Assembly (NCBI GenBank): GCA_030704615.1
Contig: JAKLZA010000246.1
Location: forward strand, 1-8,182
DNA length: 8,182 bases
Direction of reading: 5' to 3'
DNA from: Takakia lepidozioides
Lineage: Eukaryota > Plantae > Bryophyta
Shown: in pieces, positions 1 through 8,182 of the stretch
Layout of the letters: every line of letters starts with the position of its first letter
Position numbering within the stretch: position 1 is the stretch's first letter
The notes under the pieces: generated by a model
Told to the model about the DNA's origin: nothing
Seen by the model: only the letters and a program-made list of their open reading frames with translations
Databases searched by the model: none
Position numbers and translations under genes: made by a program

Positions 1-130
1 TGAGCTGGCAGAGCATGAGCGAAAAAAAAAAGCATGAGCAGACCATTGTGAGTCCACGGAATAGGGTTAGGAGGACGGAAATAGGTCATGTGAAGTTGGA
101 TGTGGCACCAGTGGACTTGAAATGCAACAT

Positions 131-136
131 TTTATT
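131..136 (-). promoter_or_regulatory. Possible polyadenylation signal AATAAA
   Basis: TTTATT on the + strand, about 40 nt downstream of the tentative stop at 175-177. Confidence 0.3.
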
Positions 137-899
137 GCAAATTTTTGTGGCAAGCCACGTCTTACAAGTGTGTTCTAACTGTCATAGCCGGAATGGGCAC
201 TACTCTCCTACACCCTCCGAGGACTTGCCCCACCTTCTTCCTCATCCCCCCTCATCCCCCCTCATCCTCCGAGCTCTGTGATGCATCAGTTCCACTATGC
301 CTCTCAAATCCCCGTCCTCTCCTTGGGGAGACTGTCCACCTCACCTCCTGGAATCTTCTGCGTCTTCTCCCTCCCCCACTTTCCTCACAGAATCCAACAC
401 AAATCTACGAGCCCGACGGGCTCTAATAGCTGCTGCCCTGCCTCCCTCATCTTCATTTTCTTGAGGCTTGCCTCGTCTAAAATCTGCTGTACACGACTAC
501 GTTCGGAACACCTCCTAATGGACACCGAAGCAAGCCGGGCAGCATAAGTAGGAAGGATGTACTCCCTTTCTGGACTAGGCATGAAATCCCCCCTGGCAAA
601 AAAAGGCACGTTCCTCCTGCCCATGAACTCCGGTGTAGACGTCCTCCTGTCCGCCGGCAGTACTTGGCATCCTACAGTAAGAACAAATCCACTTGAAGAA
701 TGTCAATACCAGCAACACCAGAAAGGGTTTTCAATGAAATAAGAGAGCGGAGGGAGGTGCCTCACAAAATCTGGAGGCAACTTACAATGCCACCACTCAC
801 TCGTAAACCGGGGGCTCCTCGGCCTCGATCCCACTTCCTCCCCCTGCTCCTTCTCGGATTTTTCCTCATCCTCCGAGGATGCCTCTTCCTCTCTTTCGA

Positions 900-1782
900 G
901 ACGTTCAGCCGCTGCAAGTTCCGAGTTGTGGAGGGCAGTATCTGGCTCGAAGGCGAACACATGCCTGTCGGACAACGTCCCTGCCCACATTGAAGCACCT
1001 GAGGACAAAGCGGGCGGTTAATAGCTTGCGGCAATGCAATTGCAATGGGGCCAGGGGACAAAACTGAGCACGTGAAGGCTTACCCGTGCCGCATGTGAGG
1101 TCCAGAATCCGCCCTTGGACATCCGAGCACGTCTCCATGAGGGTTTTGATGAAAGCAGGGCTCCGGGTCCGGCTGTAACCGCCACGTTTTGCCTTTCTTT
1201 GTGTCCTTCGGCATACTAGAGTGGGGCACATAGTTGTAGAGGACATCGTAGGTTACAGGGTCCCAGCGGCATCACAAGACGACCGTCGTTGCGGAATTTG
1301 AACGTAGACCCTCTCTTCACAAAGCAATATGCCTCAAACACCAATGTCTGCACATCCAACAAAGAAGGATCAATTCCAGGGTCTACTTAACATACACCAC
1401 AATATGAAGTGAATGCAATAGATTGATAACTTACACTTTGGCCCTCTGTTCGCAACCCCTGCGTACTGATGCAGAACCATTTTCTGAGGAGGACCGGGGT
1501 GACACTTTTCGGTGTCCACCTTGCCACCGCATTCTCTGTGGTCTTCCCTCTCGTGGCAAGGACAACCACACATCCACCGTCATCCAGAAGCATCCCCGCC
1601 AGCCCAAACCCGGCTTTCCAGTAGTCCTCAGTAAACCTGTTCCAGGTGGGCACACCATCCAGGCCCTCCAGCAGCTCCCCATCTGGAATGTCGAGGAGAA
1701 TCATGTCGCAAGCTCTCTCCACCTCAACCCCCCCCGAGTGCTCTTGCAATTCGTGCTCACAAGCCGTGAAGAATTCCATCAT
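900..1782 (-). CDS. Beta-class amino (N4-cytosine/N6-adenine) DNA methyltransferase domain, N6_N4_Mtase-like, over 3 exons
   Basis: Motif IV region CDMILLDIPDG (DIPD at 1681-1692, where DPPY/SPPY is expected), then W..F.EDYW..GF.LAGMLLDDGGCVVVL (compare rlLkpgGslvv). Downstream RSPAFIKTLMETCSDVQGRILDLTCGT (motifs X and I) splices through intron 999-1083 (G|GTAAGC...CTCAG|GT) to GASMWAGTLSDRHVFAFEPD (compare GSGTTxxAAxxxgRxxiGxExd). The order IV then X-I is the beta permutation. Confidence 0.8.
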
Positions 1783-2567
1783 GGCTTCAAACCAGGGGTG
1801 TCTTTAGGCTCTGTACCGGCAGCCCTCTTCTTGGCTTTCCCCTTCTGCTCTCGCTCCGCCAGAGACTTGTTGTGTGCCACCTTCTTCGCCCTGGCAGCGA
1901 GAGCGTCAAGGAAGCTCTCATTGACGCATTGGATGATGGGTTGGAGGTTCTAGCTTTGGCCTGTGCGTAAACGTCCACCGCCGAATACCGCCGTGTAGGC
2001 TCGCCCTCAAATGCCAACTTCTTGGCAGAGCCAGTCCCACTCCGAACTGACTTGGGAACCCGGACGACCGGTGACTGGGTAGGAGCAACAGCAGTCGCAG
2101 GACCTTGAACAAAATCGGCGTCGGAGTCACTCTCTTGGGTCCCCTCCTGCGCCTCCTCCGATGCCCCGATGGTTTTCTTCTTTTTGGGTGTTACTGCAGT
2201 CACCCTGTTTCCTTCCTTTTTTTTTCCTTGACCTTTACTCTTCTCATGCAATTTCTCTCCTGAATTCCTGCCTGAGCAAGCTCTGCCGCTTTCCTGGAGT
2301 TCGCAAGCGCTTTTGCCTCTTTTGCACCCAACGGAGGCAGCGGAGCCCGGTTTCGTCGGAATTCAGCATCCAGCTTCAATTGAAACTCGGATGGGTCGAG
2401 CGAGCCGGGCGGAGGTCCACATACCAAGGGCAATCAGCAAATGTTCCAGATGCCACTCCTTCACAATATCGTCAGTGTACATGGAGTCAGCCCCAGGGTT
2501 CCTCCATGCCAGGAAGAATGGTGGCTCGAAACAGATGACCTTTCTCCAAAAGGGAGACTTACAGTAC

Positions 2568-3854
2568 CTGCATTCATGAAAAACACAATGAGGTCCGAAA
2601 ATGGCTATTCCCTGAATGCATAGGGCCTCAGGAATATGGCGCCGAATTTCCACTGCAGGGCACCAGTCTAGGACTTAGCCCGAAAATGGCTAAGTCCCTG
2701 AACGCATACGGCCTGAACTGGAAAAATGGCGCCGAATTTCCAGTTCAGAGCCGCCAGTCTAGGGACTTAGCCCCAAATGGCTAGTCCCTGGAACGCAATA
2801 GGGCCTAAAATGGAAAACGGCCTCCAGCCGGCCAATAGGGCTAGCCCTAAATGGCTAGTCCCCTGACGGCAATAGGGCCTAGAACGGAAAACGGCGCCGA
2901 TTTCCAGTTCCCGGCCAGCCACCTAGGGACTAGCCCGAAAATGGCTAGTCCCTGACGGCAATAGGGCCTAGAACTGAAAAACGGCGCCGAATTTCCAGTT
3001 CCGGGCCAGCCCCCTAGGGACTTAGCCCGAAAATGGCTAAGTCCCTGGACGGCAATAGGGCCTAGAACTGAAAACGGCGCCGATGAGTTCGCCAGCCACC
3101 CTAGGACGCCCGAATTGCTATCCCTGGACGCAATAGGGCCTAGAATGGGCGCGAATTTCTAGTTCCGGGCCAGCCACTAGGACTTAGCCCGAAAAGGCTA
3201 GTCCCTGACGGCAATAGGGCCTAGAACTGGAAAACGGCGCCGAATTTCCAGTTCCCTGCCAGCCACCGTAGGGACTTAGACCGAAAATGGCTAAGTCCCT
3301 GACGGCAATAGGGCCTGGAACTGGAATATGGAGCCCGAATTTCCACTTAGGCCAGCCAGTCTAGGGACTTAGCCCGAAAATGGCTAAGTCCCTGAACGGC
3401 AATACGGCCTGGAACTGGAAAAGGGCGCCGAATTTCCAGTTCAGGCCAGCCAGTCTAGGACTTAGCCCGAAAATGGCTAGTCCCTGGACGGCAATAGGGC
3501 CTAGAACTGGAAAACGGCGCCGAATTTCCAGTTGCGGGCCAGCCACACTAGGGACTTAGCCGAAAATGGCTAAGTCCCTGAACGGCAATAGGGCCAAAAC
3601 TGGAATATGGCGCCGAATTTCCACTTCAGGGCCAGCCAGTCTAGGGACTTAGGCCGAAAATGGCTAAGTCCCTGAACGGCAATAGGCCTGGAACTGGAAA
3701 ATGGCGCCGAATTTCCAGTTCCGGGCCAGCCAGTCTAGGGACTTAGCCATTTTCGGAGCCCTGACTGGAAATTCGGCGCCATTTTCCCTAACACCACTTG
3801 AGGCTCTAACATCCTGAAATGCCAGGACTTGAAAGAAAGGCAGCGCGTATGTAC
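2568..3854 (-). other. 1,287-nt spliceosomal intron containing the 95-bp tandem array
   Basis: Donor AG|GTACAT at 3854 and acceptor ATGCAG|G at 2568; the join reads MRLLY-R-YCKSPFW in phase. Confidence 0.7.
2594..3787. repeat. Tandem array of about 13 units of about 95 bp, each with two hairpins, ending in an inverted partial unit
   Basis: Consensus CTAGGGACTTAGCCCGAAAATGGCTAAGTCCCTGAACGGCAATAGGGCCTAGAACTGGAAAACGGCGCCGAATTTCCAGTTCCGGGCCAGCCAGT. GGCGCC cores at 2638, 2728, (2819), 2893, 2983, 3076, (3148), 3236, (3330), 3424, 3516, 3609, 3703 (degenerate ones in brackets) and inverted at 3775. Confidence 0.95.
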
Positions 3855-4951
3855 CTGTACAGAAGGCGCATTGCTGCTTTGTCCGCGTTCGGCTGGTCGG
3901 TGAACTCGTGGCTCCGGCGAGCATCTGCTATCTCTCCCGAAAGAATAGGTTGGTTTTGTAGAGCAGAAAGTACCTCGTCACATAGTCACGTAGGCTCTCT
4001 GCTGCAGGAGATATCTCCATCTTGAACTGATGTGCTTGTGTGTCCAGCTGCTCTTGCGCATTCGTCGTCACCTGTGGAGATTGTCCATCAGATCGCTTTC
4101 CTCAAAAATACAATGAATCCACCCCTACTAGAGTAGAAGCCCCAAACGAAGCGTGGGGAAGTACCTGAAACCACCATGTCATGCGGTTCATCCACATGTC
4201 GAATGTGGGGTCAGAGAGTTTGTCCGGTTTGGGGAAGCTCCACATGTCCCTGGTACTTTGGGAACCATTCCAGATTTGGAGCCACCGGGTCTGTCCAACC
4301 ACCCAGCATATTCGTAAGCGCCAAACACCACAAAAAGGAGTTGTTGCCACCACAATTTTGTTAAGAATGTATCACCTTTTCTGTTGCATCCACACAGGAT
4401 GTGGCTAGACGATGGAGCTTCTCCAATGTCATCGTGGCTTCAGAGCGCGAGAGTAGTGCTTCCCCACCTCCACCAGAAAGTCGGCACCAAGGGCGGGATC
4501 AGCTATGGCCACGTACTTTACCATCCGCGACTTGTACTTTATGCGGGCCCTCACCTCCGCAGCTTTGACATACGATTCGAGTTCCGGGAGGGTTGGATTC
4601 TTCTCCTCTGACTCCATGTAGAACCTCCGCGCATGTGCCAAATCCTGCTGTATTTTCGTCTGTCAAGAATGCGCACATAAGATTAGAGATCCTGCTCAAC
4701 ACAATTTTTCTATTGGGGGGAGGAGAGACAGATTAGCTCAACAAAACTGTCAGGAGTTTATACGAAATAGATGTAGTCCACCATGGCGTCGACGCTCAGC
4801 CTATACCAGGTTCTGTCTGCCTTTGCCTCCGACTTGCGCAGGAGGTCGGCACTGAGGGAATTGGCAAATCTTGCACCCCCTGCTTCCCGACATCCTTCAC
4901 TCGGAAGAGCATATGGGACAAGTTGGTGGCAATGAAGGCATTCTCAGTCAC
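3855..4951 (-). CDS. Four central exons (4764-4951, 4376-4659, 4165-4290, 3855-4071) encoding an unassigned, probably helical region
   Basis: GT..AG introns of 104, 85 and 93 nt give in-phase joins DYIYF|TKIQQD, DATEK|TRWLQ and TWWFQ|VTTNAQ. Three of the four exons need a one-base correction. Confidence 0.6.
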
Positions 4952-5069
4952 CTGCAGTGCCACATTTCCATCAAACAATACTGAAATGGGAATTTTCATC
5001 ATATATGAGGATTCGCAATGAAATGACTTCCAAATTCAAAGTCCAAAAGCGAGAGGGGTTGTAGCTTAC

Positions 5070-5510
5070 GAGTTGATGTCGGCCATTGCCAGCTTTGAGA
5101 AGACTGCGATCTTTGGGCCCCGCAACCTTCAGCACAACACAATCGACGGCGAAATGCCAATCGAGATCGTTGGGGTGGGCTTGGGCAATGTGCTCCATCC
5201 ATGCCAGGAGGCGATGATTGTCGTCCCACACGTAGAACATCTTACCGGACATGTGCTGGAAAAGAGGATCACTAGCAACGATCTCTCGAACTCCTCATTT
5301 CGCGTTTGCCAAGGGGGACCCATTTGTCCACCTCATCGGAAGTGTGGGCACGGGAAGCTCCGTGGTCGTTCTCAATGGAAACGTAAAAGGCGGCAGACCC
5401 CATTCGATATCCATCCCGGAAAGAGAATTTCAGCTTGTCGATATCGCCTGGGAGGGCAGGTCTCACCACCTGCAATGACACCAAGCGGCAAAGGGGAATT
5501 CGAAGCTTGG
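5070..5510 (-). CDS. ParB/Sulfiredoxin-like N-terminal domain (part of the large gene)
   Basis: Translation across frameshifts: KLRIPLCRLVSLQVVRPALPGDIDKLKFSFRDGYRMGSAAFYVS...W.PPWQTRNEEFE...HMSGKMFYVWDDNHRLLAWMEHI...VDCVVL. This follows the ParB/Srx pattern (IPlxxL, R, xxxLxxS, hhhDGxHRhxA, final beta strand). The signature reads DDNHR (5211-5225) instead of DGNHR. Recognised by motif, not by database search. Confidence 0.7.
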
Positions 5511-6864
5511 CCGGGTACACCATGCCCCCCAGCACCCTGCCAATGTTGCTGTGGGTTGCCTCCAACATCTTGGCAGCGGCCAACTTCATATCCGCCTTAG
5601 ACATGACGTCTGCTGCAGAGGGGTTTTCCGGCAGCCCACTAGGACCGCCAAATCCAGCCTGTATGCTCCGGGTTTGGGGCCTGGGGATGTCCGGGAGGAT
5701 GTCATCCTGGTCAGAAACCTCCATGTCGTCCTCCTCAACAGGGTCAGCCACCTGCGAAACCACCTTAGCACTCTCGTCGTCTCTACTGCCCTCTCCCTGG
5801 CTTCACCTCGAACTTGCACAATCCGTGCTCTTTCAGGTTTCTTTCCTCTCCTCCACTCTCCACCGTATGGGTAATTGCGGGGGCTGCTCTTGCCCGCGAT
5901 GGTCTAACCGGTGTGCTACTGCCTCTCTGTGGTGTCTTGTAGGGATCCACCGTCTCTGTGGGTCCCTCGCTTACATTGGCATCTGTCATTTGGGCACCCC
6001 TGGCCTCTTCAGCTGCCTTTTGTCTTTCCTCCTAGCTAGCATTCTGTCTCGTCTGTTCTTTTGCCCTCTCTTTTGCCCTCTCACGGGCTTTCTGTTTCTT
6101 ACTAGGGCTAGCAGCAGGGGAGCCCTCCAGGACGACCACCTTTGATTGAGGCGAACTGACACCCTCGCGCGCACTGCTCACTCCCCCCTCCGCAGCCCGT
6201 GACTGCTCTCTCGCCGGGGATTGCATGTGCTTAGCTTTCTTCTTTTTCTTTGCGTGGGCGGGCCCTACTGCATGTGCATGAACAACCTCCATTGCCGGAT
6301 CTGCTGTCCTCATGTCCTCACGCCCTTCACCTGCCATGCCGCCTGCCCAACCTCCCCATGCCTACTCTGTCGTAATCTCGTTGCAAGTCCTCCCGTCCAC
6401 CAAAAAAGGTTTAAGTTTGCCCTCTCGTCCAAGTTGGGCGATTCAAACATGCGATGAGTTGGAGCTGTCGATGATACCACCAGCGTGCCGGGCTCGTCGT
6501 CACTCTGTCATTGACAAAAATCGTGAAAACCAACATCGGTGCAAAAAGCAGCATCGCAACGAGCAGCGCAACCACCATAGCAACAATCATGTAGCAAAAA
6601 TGAAAACATAACAAGTTTAGGAAGTATGGAGAGCCATGCAACAACAATGAAAACAAATGCAACCATTGCCTAAGAATGACATGCACAAGCAGCCTTCTCC
6701 CAGAGCTGCCGGATTTGCACACGCATTGCAAACAATCTAAGGTTCACTCAACTATCTAAAGTTCACTCATACAGCAAAGCCAGGATGAAGATGCAAAAAC
6801 AAAGCGAGGTAACAAAGCGAAAGCAAAAAATAAATCGAACAAACCGAAAGCAGAAGTGGCTTGC

Positions 6865-7224
6865 CTGAGAGTACTCGGCTTCAGTTGGCGCAGGTTGTGA
6901 GCAAGACACTGGAATCTCCTGCTGGAGCTTCAGTTTGGCCATGCGAGAGATTGGCCGTCGTCCGTAGTACAGAGCTTTCAACTTCCGCCGCGGTCTGGAT
7001 GTGAGGTCTCTCTCAGGAGAGCCACGCCCTTCAGGCGGCATAAGTCCCAGCCAAAAAGATCTCTTTTTTTGGGGTACATGCCTGGAATACCATGTTAAGC
7101 CAAGTTTAGCATGAGATTTAGGGTACGTGTCCAGGAAGCCATGCGTCGCCAGCCCGAATAATAACCGACGGCCGTCGACATTTATTGCCCAATGCGCAAT
7201 TAAATGTCGGATGAAGCCCTCCAT
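6865..7224 (-). CDS. Putative first exon (120 codons, MEGFIRHLIAHW...TEAEYSQ), function unknown
   Basis: Open frame from ATG 7224. CAG|GCAAG at 6865/6864 is followed by T-rich sequence and an acceptor TTTTTGTCAATGACAG|AGT at 6505/6504, giving an in-frame join EYSQ|SDDEPGTLVV. Confidence 0.45.
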
Positions 7225-7249
7225 GTCGGATGAAAATCGACGTAAACAG

Positions 7250-7815
7250 TCCCGGAATTTCTAACGTAGAGGTAATTCGGAGCGCTGCACGATGGAATTC
7301 CGGCGACGGATTTCCATCCTACAGGTAATTCGGAGCGCAGCAGGATGGATATCCGGCGCCGAATTTCCATCCGCGGAGGAAGGGCGGCGGTGGAAATTTC
7401 CCTCACGCAGGTAATTCGGAAGCCCGCGGATGGAAATCCGGCGCCGAATTTCCATCCGCGGAGGTAGGGCGGAGGTGGAATTTCCCTCACGCAGATAATT
7501 CGGAAGCCCGCGGATGGAAATCCGGCGCCGAATTTCCATCCGCGGAGGTAGGGCGGCGCTGGAAATTTCCCTCACGCAGGTAATTCGGAAGCCCGCGGAT
7601 GGAAATCCGGCGCCGAATTTCCATCCGCGGAGGTAGGGCGGCGCTGGAAATTTCCCTCACGCAGGTAATTCGGAAGCGCGCGGATGGAAATCCGGCGCCG
7701 AATTTCCATCCTGCAGGTAATTCGAATCCCGGATGAATGGAAATTCGGCGCCGAATTTCCATCCAGCAGGTAGTCGGATCGGTGCCGTATGGATATTCGG
7801 CGCCGAATTTCCATT
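7250..7815. repeat. Tandem array of 85-bp and 53-bp units, each with a near-perfect palindrome
   Basis: Cores at 7302 (degenerate), 7355, 7440, 7524, 7609, 7694, 7747, 7799; spacings 53, 85, 84, 85, 85, 53, 52. The 85-bp unit contains CCGCGGATGGAAATCCGGCGCCGAATTTCCATCCGCGG (38 bp, one mismatched pair) and CAGGTAATTCGGA. Confidence 0.95.
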
Positions 7816-8182
7816 CGCCATGTATTTCTGCGCGAGGAATTACCTTCGTGCAGGTAATTCCCATATAAGAATTACCTTCCTGCAGGTAATTCCCAGATGA
7901 GAATTACCTTCGTGTAGGTAATTATGGACGAGGAATTAACATCGATTGGAATTACCTGCAGGAAGGTAATTCTCATCTGAAAATTACCTGCACGAAGGTA
8001 ATTCTCATCTGGGAATTACCTGCAGGAAGGTAATTCTTATATGGGAATTACCTGCACGAAGGTAATTCCTCGCGCAGAAATACATGGCGAATGGAAATTC
8101 GGCGCCGAATATCCATACGGCACCGATCGGACTTACCTGCTGGATGGAAATTCGGCGCCGAATTTCCATTTATGCGGGATTC
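7724..8182. repeat. Large inverted repeat: arms 7724-7923 and 7982-8182 (truncated by the window end), 58-bp spacer
   Basis: The right arm is the reverse complement of the left, with about 5 differences in 200 bp by eye (e.g. GGCGCC at 7799 mirrors 8101, and 7747 mirrors 8154). Confidence 0.95.
7837..8068. repeat. Seven hairpin units GAATTACCT-N6-AGGTAATTC at 32-bp period, 3 in one orientation and 4 in the other
   Basis: Units start at 7837, 7869, 7901 and at 7949, 7981, 8013, 8045; a degenerate half unit GAATTAAC lies at 7933. Confidence 0.9.

Larger units (their letters stand above)
175..7224 (-). pseudogene. Multi-exon gene for a ParB/Srx-like domain plus beta-class N4C/N6A DNA methyltransferase fusion (about 1,500 aa reconstructed); frameshifted as given, so either a pseudogene or indel-rich sequence
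   Basis: Minus-strand ORF fragments 6763-7224, 6032-6337, 5783-5989, 5272-5763, 4971-5252, 4429-4641, 4102-4353, 2363-2653, 2200-2433, 1787-2251, 1387-1782, 905-1246, 703-1008 and 385-624 join by hand into one protein through splice sites and single-base shifts. Introns read by eye: 6505-6864 (GC-AG, tentative), 4952-5069, 4660-4763, 4291-4375, 4072-4164, 2568-3854, 1348-1434, 999-1083, 672-800. Start (ATG 7224) and stop (TAG 175-177) are tentative. Confidence 0.75.

Noticed and set aside
240-270. Short CCTCATCCCC repeats
   Set aside because: Explained as acidic Asp/Glu/Gly codons in the last exon on the minus strand.
2418-2426. Possible extra splice donor G|GTATGT
   Set aside because: No convincing acceptor follows and the downstream sequence still reads as coding.
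2594-3787. CRISPR array
   Set aside because: The sequence between palindromes is itself repeated (no unique spacers), there are no cas genes, and the array lies in a spliceosomal intron.
5435-6145. Long plus-strand ORFs (5435-6145, 5073-5600, 1423-1953, 2161-2538)
   Set aside because: They are antisense shadows of the minus-strand exons, with S/L/F/P-rich composition and no recognisable motifs.
6411-6731. Hydrophobic 106-aa ORF resembling a membrane protein
   Set aside because: It lies mostly in the T-rich predicted intron 6505-6864; the hydrophobicity follows from TTG/GTT-rich low-complexity sequence.
7200-7864. ORFs with repeated MEIRRRIS peptides (also 3361-3546 and the array part of 3664-3924)
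   Set aside because: These are translations of tandem repeats whose unit length (85 or 95 bp) is not a multiple of three, so the same peptides appear in every frame.
1-8182. Autonomous transposon or restriction-modification operon
   Set aside because: I recognised no transposase, integrase, reverse transcriptase, Rep/helicase, ParA or endonuclease motifs, and introns exclude a prokaryotic operon. Mobile-element status remains a hypothesis.

Overview
This window looks eukaryotic (short GT-AG introns, no operon structure); a plant or streptophyte origin is only my inference. Most of it (about 175-7224, minus strand) can be read as one spliced gene of about 10 exons and roughly 1,500 codons, broken by many single-base frameshifts and a few in-frame stops, which is why the ORF track shows only fragments. 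The reconstructed protein has a charged low-complexity N-terminus, a ParB/Sulfiredoxin-like domain (LRIPLCRL..VRP..DIDKLK..FYVWDDNHRLLAW), an unassigned helical middle, a beta-class N4C/N6A DNA methyltransferase fold (DMILLDIPDG..LLDDGGCVVV..GRILDLTCGT|GASMWAGTLSDRHVFAFEPD, with motif I joined across an intron) and an acidic tail. Two different tandem arrays, a 95-bp unit inside one intron (2594-3787) and 85/53-bp units just upstream of the start codon (7250-7815), share the palindromic core GGAAATTCGGCGCCGAATTTCC. The window ends inside a large inverted repeat (arms 7724-7923 and 7982-8182 or beyond) centred on 32-bp hairpin units. Working hypothesis (inference): an intron-bearing ParB-methyltransferase gene of prokaryotic or phage type with its own parS-like palindrome arrays, possibly part of a large mobile element.
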